DNA from: Verrucomicrobiia bacterium
GTDB taxonomy: Bacteria > Verrucomicrobiota > Verrucomicrobiia > Limisphaerales > UBA1319
Reading direction: 5' to 3'
Length of the DNA stretch: 64,000 nucleotides
Assembly (NCBI GenBank): GCA_963664225.1
Contig: OY760937.1
Span: 1,056,001 to 1,120,000 of the forward strand
Every line of letters starts with the position of its first letter. Position 1 is the stretch's first letter. The translations under genes and the position numbers were made by a program. The notes below the pieces were generated by a model. It had not been told where the DNA came from. It saw nothing but the letters and a program-made list of their open reading frames with translations, and searched no databases. This document shows, piece by piece, positions 55,482 to 64,000 of this stretch.

Positions 55482-56447
55482 ATGAACGATGGCGCAATGA
55501 TAGAAGTAGCGAATTTGACCAAGCGTTACGCGGGCCACGCGGCGATAAATGACTTGTCGTTTACCGTGACGCGCGGGGAGATCGTGGGTCTGCTCGGGCC
55601 GAACGGCGCCGGGAAGAGCACCACCATGCGCATCCTGGCCTGTTTCATGCCCGCTTCTTCAGGAACGGCGCGGGTCGCCGGTTACGATGTGTTCAGCCAG
55701 TCGCGGGAAGTCCGAAGCCGGATCGGCTACATGCCTGAGAACAATCCGTTGTATCAGGAAATGCGGGTGCGCGAGTATTTGAGCTTTCGCGCGCGGCTCA
55801 AGGGATTGAGTTGGCGCAGGACTCGCGAGCGTGTGGGCACCGTTATGGACCAGTGCGCATTGACCGATGTGAACCGTAAGATCATCGGGCAACTCTCAAT
55901 GGGTTACAGGCAGCGCGTGGGCCTGGCCGACGCCTTGGTTCATGAACCGGAATTGGTGATTTTGGACGAACCGACCTTGGGTCTTGATCCGAATCAGATC
56001 CGGACCGTGCGCCAGCTTATCAAAAGTCTGGGAGGCAGCCATACGGTTTTGATCTCGACGCATATTCTGCCCGAGGTGGAAATGACCTGCAGCCGGGTGC
56101 TGATTTTGCACGAGGGGCGGATTCTGGCCGCGGACACTCCGGAGAATCTCCAGGCGACACTCAGCGACGGCGGTCAGGTAATTGCGGAAATTTCGGCGCC
56201 GTTGACGGAGGTGCGGGAGTTTTGCAGCGGAGTGGAAGGAGTGGCGCGGTTCGATGTCACACCTGTGGACGGGGCTTTTTTGCGTTGCACGCTCACACCC
56301 AAACCCGGCATCGATCTGCGGACCCCGGTGTTTGACGCAGTGCGTGCCCGTGGATGGTCGTTGCGTGAATTGACGCGCTCACGGCCGAGTTTGGAGGACG
56401 TGTTCGTGCACATCACACGGGCGGAGAAGGAAGAGGAGGAGAACTGA
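55482..56447 (+). CDS. ABC transporter ATP-binding protein (GldA-like)
   Basis: GPNGAGKST, LSMGYRQRVGLA, ILDEPT, STH. Confidence 0.93.
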   Translation: MNDGAMIEVANLTKRYAGHAAINDLSFTVTRGEIVGLLGPNGAGKSTTMRILACFMPASSGTARVAGYDVFSQSREVRSRIGYMPENNPLYQEMRVREYLSFRARLKGLSWRRTRERVGTVMDQCALTDVNRKIIGQLSMGYRQRVGLADALVHEPELVILDEPTLGLDPNQIRTVRQLIKSLGGSHTVLISTHILPEVEMTCSRVLILHEGRILAADTPENLQATLSDGGQVIAEISAPLTEVREFCSGVEGVARFDVTPVDGAFLRCTLTPKPGIDLRTPVFDAVRARGWSLRELTRSRPSLEDVFVHITRAEKEEEEN

Positions 56448-56449
56448 CG

Positions 56450-57202
56450 ATGCAGGTTTTTTTGACATTGGTTCGGCGCGAACTGGGCAGTTATTTCGCC
56501 TCGCTCACGGGTTACGTGATCATTGGCGCGGTCCTGTTTTTATTGGGCTTGAGCTTTACCGATTTGATGGACCGTTTGAACAGCGAAGCCACCGATATGC
56601 CGATAACCGAGTTGTTTTATCAGACGTGGTATTTCTGGCTGATCCTGCTCCTGGCCTCGCCGTTGATCACCATGCGGACCTTTGCCCTGGAAAAAGCGTC
56701 GGGCACCTTTGAAACACTGACGACGACTCCGATCTCCGATGCGCAAATCGTGCTGGGCAAATTCACCGGGGCCTTATTGTTCCATCTTTGCCTCTGGCTG
56801 CCATTGTTGGGGAGCATTTTTATCGTGCGTCATTTCACCAATGACATCACAGCATTTAATCCGGGAGTGCTGGCGAGCACGTTTCTGGGGATTTTCCTCG
56901 TGGGCGCTTTGTTCATGTCCATGGGATGTTTTGCTTCGGCGTTGACTCGCAGCCAGATCATTGCGGCGATGATCAGTTTCGTCCTGGGGATCGCGTTCTT
57001 TATGCTCAGCTTCCGGTCGTTTTTTGGGCTGCCGCAGAACACCTGGACCTCCAGCGTGCTGGCTCGCATTTCCATGATTGAGCACATGCAGGATTTTGTG
57101 CGGGGAATTGTGGATACACGCTTTGTGGTTTTTTATGTGAGCGTGACGACTTTTTTTCTGTATCTGACCTTAAAGGTGGTGGAAAGCAGGCGCTGGAAAT
57201 AA
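56450..57202 (+). CDS. ABC-2 permease (GldF-like)
   Basis: RRELGSYF, ITMRTFALEKASGTFETL.T.P, IVLGKF, SALTRSQIIAA, six TM helices. Confidence 0.88.
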   Translation: MQVFLTLVRRELGSYFASLTGYVIIGAVLFLLGLSFTDLMDRLNSEATDMPITELFYQTWYFWLILLLASPLITMRTFALEKASGTFETLTTTPISDAQIVLGKFTGALLFHLCLWLPLLGSIFIVRHFTNDITAFNPGVLASTFLGIFLVGALFMSMGCFASALTRSQIIAAMISFVLGIAFFMLSFRSFFGLPQNTWTSSVLARISMIEHMQDFVRGIVDTRFVVFYVSVTTFFLYLTLKVVESRRWK

Positions 57203-57203
57203 A

Positions 57204-58718
57204 ATGTCAAATTATACGGATAAACAGGCGAGTTTTTCGCTCGGGAAGCGGTGGACCATCGGGTTCAATGTGGTTGTTTCCGTGACAGCCTTGCTGGCGC
57301 TGGTGTTCATGGTGAATTTCCTGGCGTCGCGCCATTCCACGCGGTTCATGTGGTCGGGCCAGAATCCCAATCAACTCTCGGCTTTGACAGTTCAATTGCT
57401 GGGTAATTTGACGAATCAGGTGAAAGTTGTTGTTTTTTTCGACAAACAGGAAGCCTTGTACAGCTCAGTTTCATCTTTGCTGAACGAATACCAGTTGGCA
57501 TGTCCGCGATTAAGCGTTGAATATGTCGATTATCTGCGCAACCCCGGATCAGCCCAATTGATGATCGAACGATACAAACTCTCATTTCCATCCGAAGATT
57601 ATTACAAGAACCTGGTGATCTTCGATTGCAACGGTCGGATCAAGATTGTTTATGAGAAGGAAATGTCAGACATGGATATTTCCGGTCCTTTGAGCGGAAC
57701 CTCCAAGGAAATCAAACGCAGCAATTTCAAGGGCGAGCTTTTGTTCACTTCGGCCATTGTCAGCGTCACCGATTCGCGGCGTCTGAAGGCGTATTTCTTA
57801 GAGGGCCACCGCGAGGCCAATCCGCAGAGCGATGAACCGAGCGGTTTTTCGAAATTGTCGCAGTTGCTCCAGCAGAACAACATTCAAGTGGAGCTTCTGT
57901 CGCTTGCCAGCCAGGAAGTTCCGGCTGACTGCAATTTGCTGGTCGTTATCGGTCCCCAACAACGTTTCGATCCGGAAGAACTGGCGCGGATGGACAAGTA
58001 TTTGAGCCAGGGGGGGCGGATGTTTATCTGCATGAACAATCTGGGCCGGACAGGCATTGAGAAACTGTTGGAGACTTGGGGGGTTCGCGTGGGGGATAAC
58101 CTGGTGTTCGATGTTCCATCGTCGAGCAAAGGTGCGGACGTGACACTAAATCCCGATTTGATTGCAACCAATTACGTCACCCCCAGTCATCCAATTGTTA
58201 AACCGTTATTGCGCTCGAGATTACGCCTGGTTTTGCCTCGCAGCGTTGAAATTGCGATCACCAATAAATCGGCGGCTGATGCACCGAAAGTGGAGGAATT
58301 GGCCTCCTCGGGGCAGGATGGAATTGTGGTAACGGATATTCGCAACGGTGTGCCTTATCCCGATTTATATCGCGACCGGCGCGGTAGTATCCCAGTGATG
58401 GCTGCTGTGGAAAAGGGAACCGTGCAGGGGATAGGGGCGGATCGCGGGGCCACTCGGATCGTTGTGGTTGGGGACTCGATCTTTCTAAGCAATCAACTCA
58501 TCGATTTTCTGGCTAACCGGGACATTGCGGTGCTGGCAGTGAACTGGCTTTTGGACCGGTCGTATTTAATGGGTGGAATTGGCCCGAGGCCCATAAGGGA
58601 ATTTCATCTTGTGATGAGTCCTGCACAATTGTTGATGGTGCGCTGGGTCATGCTGGGTGCCTTGCCTGGAGGCGTTTTGTTTTTGGGCGGATTGGTTTGG
58701 TGGCGTCGCCGACATTAA
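57204..58718 (+). CDS. GldG-like ABC auxiliary component
   Basis: N- and C-terminal TM helices; LSALT..LL.NL, YFLEGHRE, LLVVIGPQ, RIVVVGDSIF, NRDIAVLAVNWL. Confidence 0.85.
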   Translation: MSNYTDKQASFSLGKRWTIGFNVVVSVTALLALVFMVNFLASRHSTRFMWSGQNPNQLSALTVQLLGNLTNQVKVVVFFDKQEALYSSVSSLLNEYQLACPRLSVEYVDYLRNPGSAQLMIERYKLSFPSEDYYKNLVIFDCNGRIKIVYEKEMSDMDISGPLSGTSKEIKRSNFKGELLFTSAIVSVTDSRRLKAYFLEGHREANPQSDEPSGFSKLSQLLQQNNIQVELLSLASQEVPADCNLLVVIGPQQRFDPEELARMDKYLSQGGRMFICMNNLGRTGIEKLLETWGVRVGDNLVFDVPSSSKGADVTLNPDLIATNYVTPSHPIVKPLLRSRLRLVLPRSVEIAITNKSAADAPKVEELASSGQDGIVVTDIRNGVPYPDLYRDRRGSIPVMAAVEKGTVQGIGADRGATRIVVVGDSIFLSNQLIDFLANRDIAVLAVNWLLDRSYLMGGIGPRPIREFHLVMSPAQLLMVRWVMLGALPGGVLFLGGLVWWRRRH

Positions 58719-58780
58719 CACTCAAGAGCACTCGCAAGCTATGGATGGCGCAATGACATTCAGGGGGCCCTGAAAAATAA

Positions 58781-60625
58781 ATGAATTCAAAGAGAACTTT
58801 AATTTTGCTCGCGTTGGTGGCCGGTATGCTGGGGTTCATCATCCTGTTTGAAAGGCAGGGAAACGAAGAGGCCACGACCGTCGGCAAGACGGCGCGCTTG
58901 TTTGCCAATTTCAATCCCTCATCGGCGAGCGCGGTGGAAATCGTGCTGCGCACCAACAGAATCATCAGAGCCGAGCGTGTTCATGATGATTGGATGCTCA
59001 AGATGCCCATTCAATACCCGGCGAATGCCGCGCGGATCGACGGGTTGCTCAACGCCCTTTCTTTATTGAATCGCCAGTCCCATATCACCGCCCAGGAGTT
59101 GCTTTCTCAAAAACAGAACCTGGCTGCCTTTGGTCTGGATCCGCCGCTGGCCAGCATCATTGTCGAACTACCCCATGAACGAGTGGAACTCAAAGTGGGC
59201 GGCAAATCGCCCGTGGGAAACCAGGTCTATGTGCAACTGGTGGGATCAGATGGCATCTTTTTCACCGACGCGCTGCTGCATGAGCGCATTCCTCAGCAAC
59301 CTGACGATTGGCGGGATCCGACGTTTCTACGGCTGCGTGGCCTGACATTCAACCGGTTGGAAGTGGTGAGTAAGGCAGGGGATGTTGAATTACAGATCGA
59401 TCCCTCGACTCAATTATGGCGGTTGACCAAGCCGATGAATGCGCGGGCGGACAATCAAAAGATCGCTCAGTTGATTCGCCTGCTTGAGGACTGGCCCATT
59501 GCGCGGTTTCTGCCTGAGTCCATGACGCCCGACTTTGATGCGCTGGGGTTGCAAACGCCCGAGGCCTCCCTGATGGTGGGCCAGGGCACCAACGACATTT
59601 TTGTGGTGCATTTTGGAAAATCTCCGACCAATGAGGCGGGGCTGGTTTATGCGCGGAGTTTGCCGCAGACCAATGTAATGCTGGTGCCGCGTGATGTTCT
59701 GACGCGCTTGCAGGCGCCATTTATTGAATTGCGCGAACCACACATGATCTCGACGCCGATAACGGCCGTGGATTTGATTGAAGTCAAATCGCAGGAGTCA
59801 TTCACCCTGCGCAAAATGGCCGATAACTCCTGGGCGATCGCCGGGGCGACCACCGTTCCTGCGGATGAGGAACTGATGAAGAATTTTCTGGCGGATCTGG
59901 CCTCGTTGCGGATCACGTCGTATGTCAAAGATGTGGTCACGGATTTTTCGGCCTATGGCCTGGATTCGCCAGGCCGACAATACACGCTGAGGCGGATCAT
60001 GACCAACACGGTGTCCGGGGTGGTCAATCCCATCCTGGCCCAAATCAATTTTGGGACAAATAACGCCGACCAGATCTATGCGCGATTGAGCAACGAAACC
60101 TCCGTTTATTCCACAAAATGGGTGGACAGTTGGAAATTGCCTACGCAGGCGTACCAATTGCGCTACCGCCAGATTTGGAATTTCACCACCAACGATGTGA
60201 GCAACCTGACCATTAATTTTCAAGGTCGGACCAACAAGTTGGTGAGAAACGCGGCCCGACAATGGACGCTTGCGCCTGACCCCACTCCCTTGGGCGGGCC
60301 TTTAACGAACCTTGTGGATGAGGTTCTATTTCGTCTGGGGCAGCTTCGGGCCGAATCGTGGACTGCTTCCGGAGACGACCAGATGGCTCGATTTGGTTTT
60401 CCTACGCCCCGGCATCAGATCACCGTGGAAGTTGGAGTCACAAATCAAGCCCAGTCTCTTTCCCTGGATTTTGGAGGGGAATCACCGACCCAAAACATGT
60501 ACGGCGCAATTCTGCGCGATGGCCAGAGGTTGATTTTTGAATTTCGAATGCCTGTCTATCTCTTGTATTCGGAAATCTTGCGACAACTTTCCGTGCCGCC
60601 AGCCAATAAACCGCCCAAATCCTGA
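58781..60625 (+). CDS. Multi-DUF4340 domain protein
   Basis: N-terminal anchor; repeated W.(L/M)..P...PA(N/D)...I..L...L...FGLD.P modules. Confidence 0.8.
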   Translation: MNSKRTLILLALVAGMLGFIILFERQGNEEATTVGKTARLFANFNPSSASAVEIVLRTNRIIRAERVHDDWMLKMPIQYPANAARIDGLLNALSLLNRQSHITAQELLSQKQNLAAFGLDPPLASIIVELPHERVELKVGGKSPVGNQVYVQLVGSDGIFFTDALLHERIPQQPDDWRDPTFLRLRGLTFNRLEVVSKAGDVELQIDPSTQLWRLTKPMNARADNQKIAQLIRLLEDWPIARFLPESMTPDFDALGLQTPEASLMVGQGTNDIFVVHFGKSPTNEAGLVYARSLPQTNVMLVPRDVLTRLQAPFIELREPHMISTPITAVDLIEVKSQESFTLRKMADNSWAIAGATTVPADEELMKNFLADLASLRITSYVKDVVTDFSAYGLDSPGRQYTLRRIMTNTVSGVVNPILAQINFGTNNADQIYARLSNETSVYSTKWVDSWKLPTQAYQLRYRQIWNFTTNDVSNLTINFQGRTNKLVRNAARQWTLAPDPTPLGGPLTNLVDEVLFRLGQLRAESWTASGDDQMARFGFPTPRHQITVEVGVTNQAQSLSLDFGGESPTQNMYGAILRDGQRLIFEFRMPVYLLYSEILRQLSVPPANKPPKS

Positions 60626-60633
60626 ACTGCGAC

Positions 60634-63600
60634 ATGGCTTCTCGGGTGACCAGGAAAATTTGGCGGAGACTCCGGCTTGGCTTCCGCTATTTCCGCGTGA
60701 CGCTCTGGCTTATTGTGCTGATCGTGGCGGCGTTCCTGGTTTACCTCAACGAGGTCGGTCTGCCTGACTTTGTTAAGAACCCAATTCTGACGGAATTGCG
60801 CGCCCGCGGGCTGGAATTGGATTTCAGCCGGTTGAGACTCTTATGGTATCGTGGCATCGTCGCCGAAAACATCAACTTGGGTTCGCGGGAAGCAGGCGGT
60901 CCGCAATTTTTTATCGACGAGGCGGAGGTGCATTTGCGGTATGGCGCGTTGGTGCACTTTCGCGTCGAACTCGAGTCTCTGGCGATCCGGCAGGCTCGCT
61001 TCTGCTGGAACCTCCCCGCGCTGGAGGAATACCCCTCCCGTCTATTGAGTGTGGACGATATCACAACTGAATTGCAGTTCTTGCCGGAGGACGTTTGGGT
61101 GCTGTCAAACCTGCGCGGTCATTTTTTGGGCGCGGATTTGGTTTTTGCCGGCGCCGTGACCAATGCCTCGTTTCTCAAGGAACTAAAGGGGCCCGTGGAT
61201 ACCAACAAGGTTGCGGTCTCTCAAGGCAACCTGTGGCATCGACTTTTGTATTTGCGCGACAGCATCGATTTTCAATCCACACCACGTATCGAAGCGCACC
61301 TGCAAATCGACGCGCTGCACCCGGAGCGATTCACGGGCGACGCGAGCATCAAATTGCCCGGCGCCCGCTTCCCAGGAGGAAACGTTGGGGAAGTGCATTT
61401 AAACGTCAAGGGGAGATCCGCTGATGATGAAGTCGGACCTTCGAAGGCGGACCTCGTTGCCAAAGTGGCCGGAATGCAAATCGAGAATTACCGTGTCGCA
61501 ACGGCTCAATTCAATTCACGCGTCGAACTCAATGGCGCCAATTCAATGCCGGAACTTGTGACCGTTCAGGCGAACCTGCGTCACGGAGCGTTGCCATGGG
61601 GAACCTTTGCAATGGCTTCAATTTCAGGTGAAACGCGTCCTGACAAAACGATCGAGGGCTGGAAAACTCAGTGGCACGGCGAGGTGGATCGTCCGAATAC
61701 ACCATGGGGTTCGGCCGATTCCCTGGAAACAAAAGGGCAGTGCGCCATGCCTGCGCTGTCATTCACGAATGTTGACTCCACGGCGGGTGGTTCGGTCGGC
61801 TTGGGCAGATGGCTCCGGGCATATTGGGCTGCAGTGAAGAATCAAGCCAATACGAACACCCAAGCGGCCATAGAGACAACTCTGAAGAAAGTGAAAACCA
61901 AATGGGCGGATGCCAGCTTAGCACATCTCTCGGTGCATGCGAGCCGCAATGCGCAACCTGGAGTCCGCGAGGTTTTCGGCGCGAACAAGGCGGAGTGGTG
62001 GGATGCTTTCAAGCCGTTTGACGCGCAAGTCGAGGGTTCGTTGGATGGTGTTACAAGCGTTTATGGACCAGTGGATCGTTTCGAGTTTTCCAGTCAATGG
62101 CAGCCGCCCAATTTGAATTTGAGCGGGCTTCATGCCCGGCTGTTCGGGGGGCATTTCAATGCCAGAGCGGGGGTGAACTTGAACGCACGTAAGGCGGATG
62201 CTGAAATTGAGTCCAACTTCGACGTTCATCAAATCGGCATCCTGGTTGGACCCGGGAGCCAGCGTTGGCTGCGGCAATTCGGCTGGGGCACGCCGCCCCA
62301 AGTTCGCGCTCAGGTCAGTGCGACATTGCCGGATTGGAGCCTTCCCTTTGAACAATGGCCCGATGCAATGGATCCGACACTCACCGTCGCAGGATCGGTG
62401 TCCAGTTGGCCCGCGTCGTTTCGCGGCGTGCCCGCCTCCTCGGCGGAACTGCACTTCAACTATGAGAATGGCATGTGGTTTATTCCGGACATTTCCGTTC
62501 AGAGGCCGGAAGGCGGGGTGTTCTTGACTTATGTGGAAGATCCCGAATCGCACGGATTTTTCTGGGAAGGTCGCAGTTCGATCGATCTGGCGGCTCTTAA
62601 ACCGCTTTTTACCGAATCCCAATTCAAGGCGATGAATCTATTTCATTTCAACAGTCCGCCGGTGATTGCAGGCAATGTATGGGGAATCTGGCATGGCGAA
62701 GACAGCCTCGGTTTGCGGGCGGTTGTGGACGCCAGGGATTTTGCCTTTCGCGGTGAATCCATCGCCCAGGCGCATCTCCCATTAGCGTTTACCAACGAGT
62801 GGCTGACTTCCACCGGGGCTGTCCTCCGGCATCAGGACCAGCCCGTTGAAGTCGGTCAGACGTGGTTTAACACCCGTGAAATGCGTCTCTATTTGACCAA
62901 TGCAATCGCGCGTATCGATCCGGGCGTGGTCGGCCGTGCCATCGGGCCCATGACAGCCGAGATTCTGGAACCTTACCATTTTGGCAAGCCTCCAAAAGTC
63001 CTGGTCAACGGCTGGCTGGATGTAACGGATACTGACCAGGCCGATATGATGTTTCAGGTCGAGGGCGGCCCATTTCGATACTGGCGGTTTAACTTGGATG
63101 CCGTGTCCGCCGGGGTCCACTGGAAAGGACCTTCTCTGAGCATCAGAGATTTGAATGGGAAGTTTTATCGTGGTCAAATACAAGGTGTGTTGGATGCGGA
63201 TTTCACCCCGCGAATCGGCACCGATGTCAGCTATCGAATCGCCATCACCAACACGGACATGCGGACTTTGATGCAGGACATTTCCAATGCGACCAACCGG
63301 TTGGAGGGAACGCTGGCTGGGGAATTAAACATCACGCACTTGAATTCCGCGGATTGGAAAAGTTGGCAGGGCAATGGACGCATGCATCTTAAGCAGGGAT
63401 TGATCTGGGATATTCCCATGTTTGGCATGGTCTCCACTGTTCTAAACTCGATTGTTCCTGGCATTGCCAACAGTCGGGCTGAGGAGGGCAATGCCACGTT
63501 CACCATCACCAACAGCCTCATCAACACAAAAGACCTCGATATCCGTGCTTCGGCGATGCGCCTCTATTATTCGGGAACGGTCGATTTCGATGCCAATGTA

Positions 63601-63858
63601 AATGCGCGTTTGGAAGCGTCCTTGTTTCGGGACTGGTGGTTGCCGGGCAAGGTGTTTGGCCTGGCTTTGACTCCGTTGACCAAGCTTTTGGAATACAAGG
63701 TCACGGGCACGCTGAGCAATCCAAAGAGCGAGCCACTTTATATTTTGCCCAAATTTCTACTTGCGCCGTTGCATCCCATTAAAGCAATCAAGGATTTGTT
63801 CCCTGCAGAAGACCGCTCCAATTCAAGCGCAAAGGATCCCGTTGTGGATAAAAAGTAA
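60634..63858 (+). CDS. AsmA/YhdP-like protein
   Basis: N-terminal TM anchor followed by a long beta-rich body; C-terminal AsmA_2-like region (GKFYRGQIQG, LYYSGTVDFD, YKVTGTLSNPK). Confidence 0.75.
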   Translation: MASRVTRKIWRRLRLGFRYFRVTLWLIVLIVAAFLVYLNEVGLPDFVKNPILTELRARGLELDFSRLRLLWYRGIVAENINLGSREAGGPQFFIDEAEVHLRYGALVHFRVELESLAIRQARFCWNLPALEEYPSRLLSVDDITTELQFLPEDVWVLSNLRGHFLGADLVFAGAVTNASFLKELKGPVDTNKVAVSQGNLWHRLLYLRDSIDFQSTPRIEAHLQIDALHPERFTGDASIKLPGARFPGGNVGEVHLNVKGRSADDEVGPSKADLVAKVAGMQIENYRVATAQFNSRVELNGANSMPELVTVQANLRHGALPWGTFAMASISGETRPDKTIEGWKTQWHGEVDRPNTPWGSADSLETKGQCAMPALSFTNVDSTAGGSVGLGRWLRAYWAAVKNQANTNTQAAIETTLKKVKTKWADASLAHLSVHASRNAQPGVREVFGANKAEWWDAFKPFDAQVEGSLDGVTSVYGPVDRFEFSSQWQPPNLNLSGLHARLFGGHFNARAGVNLNARKADAEIESNFDVHQIGILVGPGSQRWLRQFGWGTPPQVRAQVSATLPDWSLPFEQWPDAMDPTLTVAGSVSSWPASFRGVPASSAELHFNYENGMWFIPDISVQRPEGGVFLTYVEDPESHGFFWEGRSSIDLAALKPLFTESQFKAMNLFHFNSPPVIAGNVWGIWHGEDSLGLRAVVDARDFAFRGESIAQAHLPLAFTNEWLTSTGAVLRHQDQPVEVGQTWFNTREMRLYLTNAIARIDPGVVGRAIGPMTAEILEPYHFGKPPKVLVNGWLDVTDTDQADMMFQVEGGPFRYWRFNLDAVSAGVHWKGPSLSIRDLNGKFYRGQIQGVLDADFTPRIGTDVSYRIAITNTDMRTLMQDISNATNRLEGTLAGELNITHLNSADWKSWQGNGRMHLKQGLIWDIPMFGMVSTVLNSIVPGIANSRAEEGNATFTITNSLINTKDLDIRASAMRLYYSGTVDFDANVNARLEASLFRDWWLPGKVFGLALTPLTKLLEYKVTGTLSNPKSEPLYILPKFLLAPLHPIKAIKDLFPAEDRSNSSAKDPVVDKK

Positions 63859-64000
63859 GTGAATGCGCCGCTGATACTCGGCAGCGCGCAAGGCCCCTAA
63901 TTCTCCGCCGAATGTAGCCCGCCAGCGCCGCTCTTGAATTTCAAATTGGTGCGTTCCCCCTGGCCGGTCGGTTGTGCGCAGTTCCACAGGCACGCCCCGC

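Noticed and set aside
55482..58718. Bacteroidota-type gliding motility
   Set aside because: GldA/F/G-like ABC systems are widespread in non-gliders, and no gldJ-N/spr genes are in the window.
63897..64000. Possible 3' end of a minus-strand gene at the window edge
   Set aside because: Only about 33 open codons are visible, with no recognisable motif; it cannot be supported.

Overview
A 64 kb, GC-rich chromosomal window. Its gene content (Verru_Chthon-like pseudopilin cassette, HZS-alpha-like protein, Tat-signal Gfo/Idh/MocA, DUF2851) suggests a Verrucomicrobiota (Pedosphaera/Limisphaera-like) genome; this is inferred, not searched. In order it holds: carbohydrate-active and membrane genes; an M20-GT2-flippase unit; a GDP-sugar cluster divergent from an AraC gene (RbsD/FucU mutarotase, plant-type GDP-mannose 3,5-epimerase, Fkp, ManC, ManB, Nudix); hisH; an atypical BrnT/BrnA pair; six pilin-like genes followed by a 2570-aa subtilase; pfkB, htpG, GH3 and alaS; an insertion sequence; an ECF sigma module; DUF2851; and a GldA/F/G-like ABC + DUF4340 + AsmA-like operon. 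Four leads stand out. (1) The GDP-sugar cluster can be read as a GDP-linked, Leloir-like route between L-galactose and D-mannose-6-phosphate. (2) A 1738-bp IS has 15-bp inverted repeats, a 21-bp target duplication that is exactly a REP-like hairpin, and an AbrB-like orfA joined to a DDE transposase by a -1 frameshift. (3) Exported proteins show a strong, order-specific excess of Thr-Asn dipeptides, a candidate modification sequon. (4) An orphan pseudopilin cassette carries a giant tip subunit next to a protease with nested domains. No rRNA, tRNA or CRISPR array was seen. All family calls come from motif recognition by eye.
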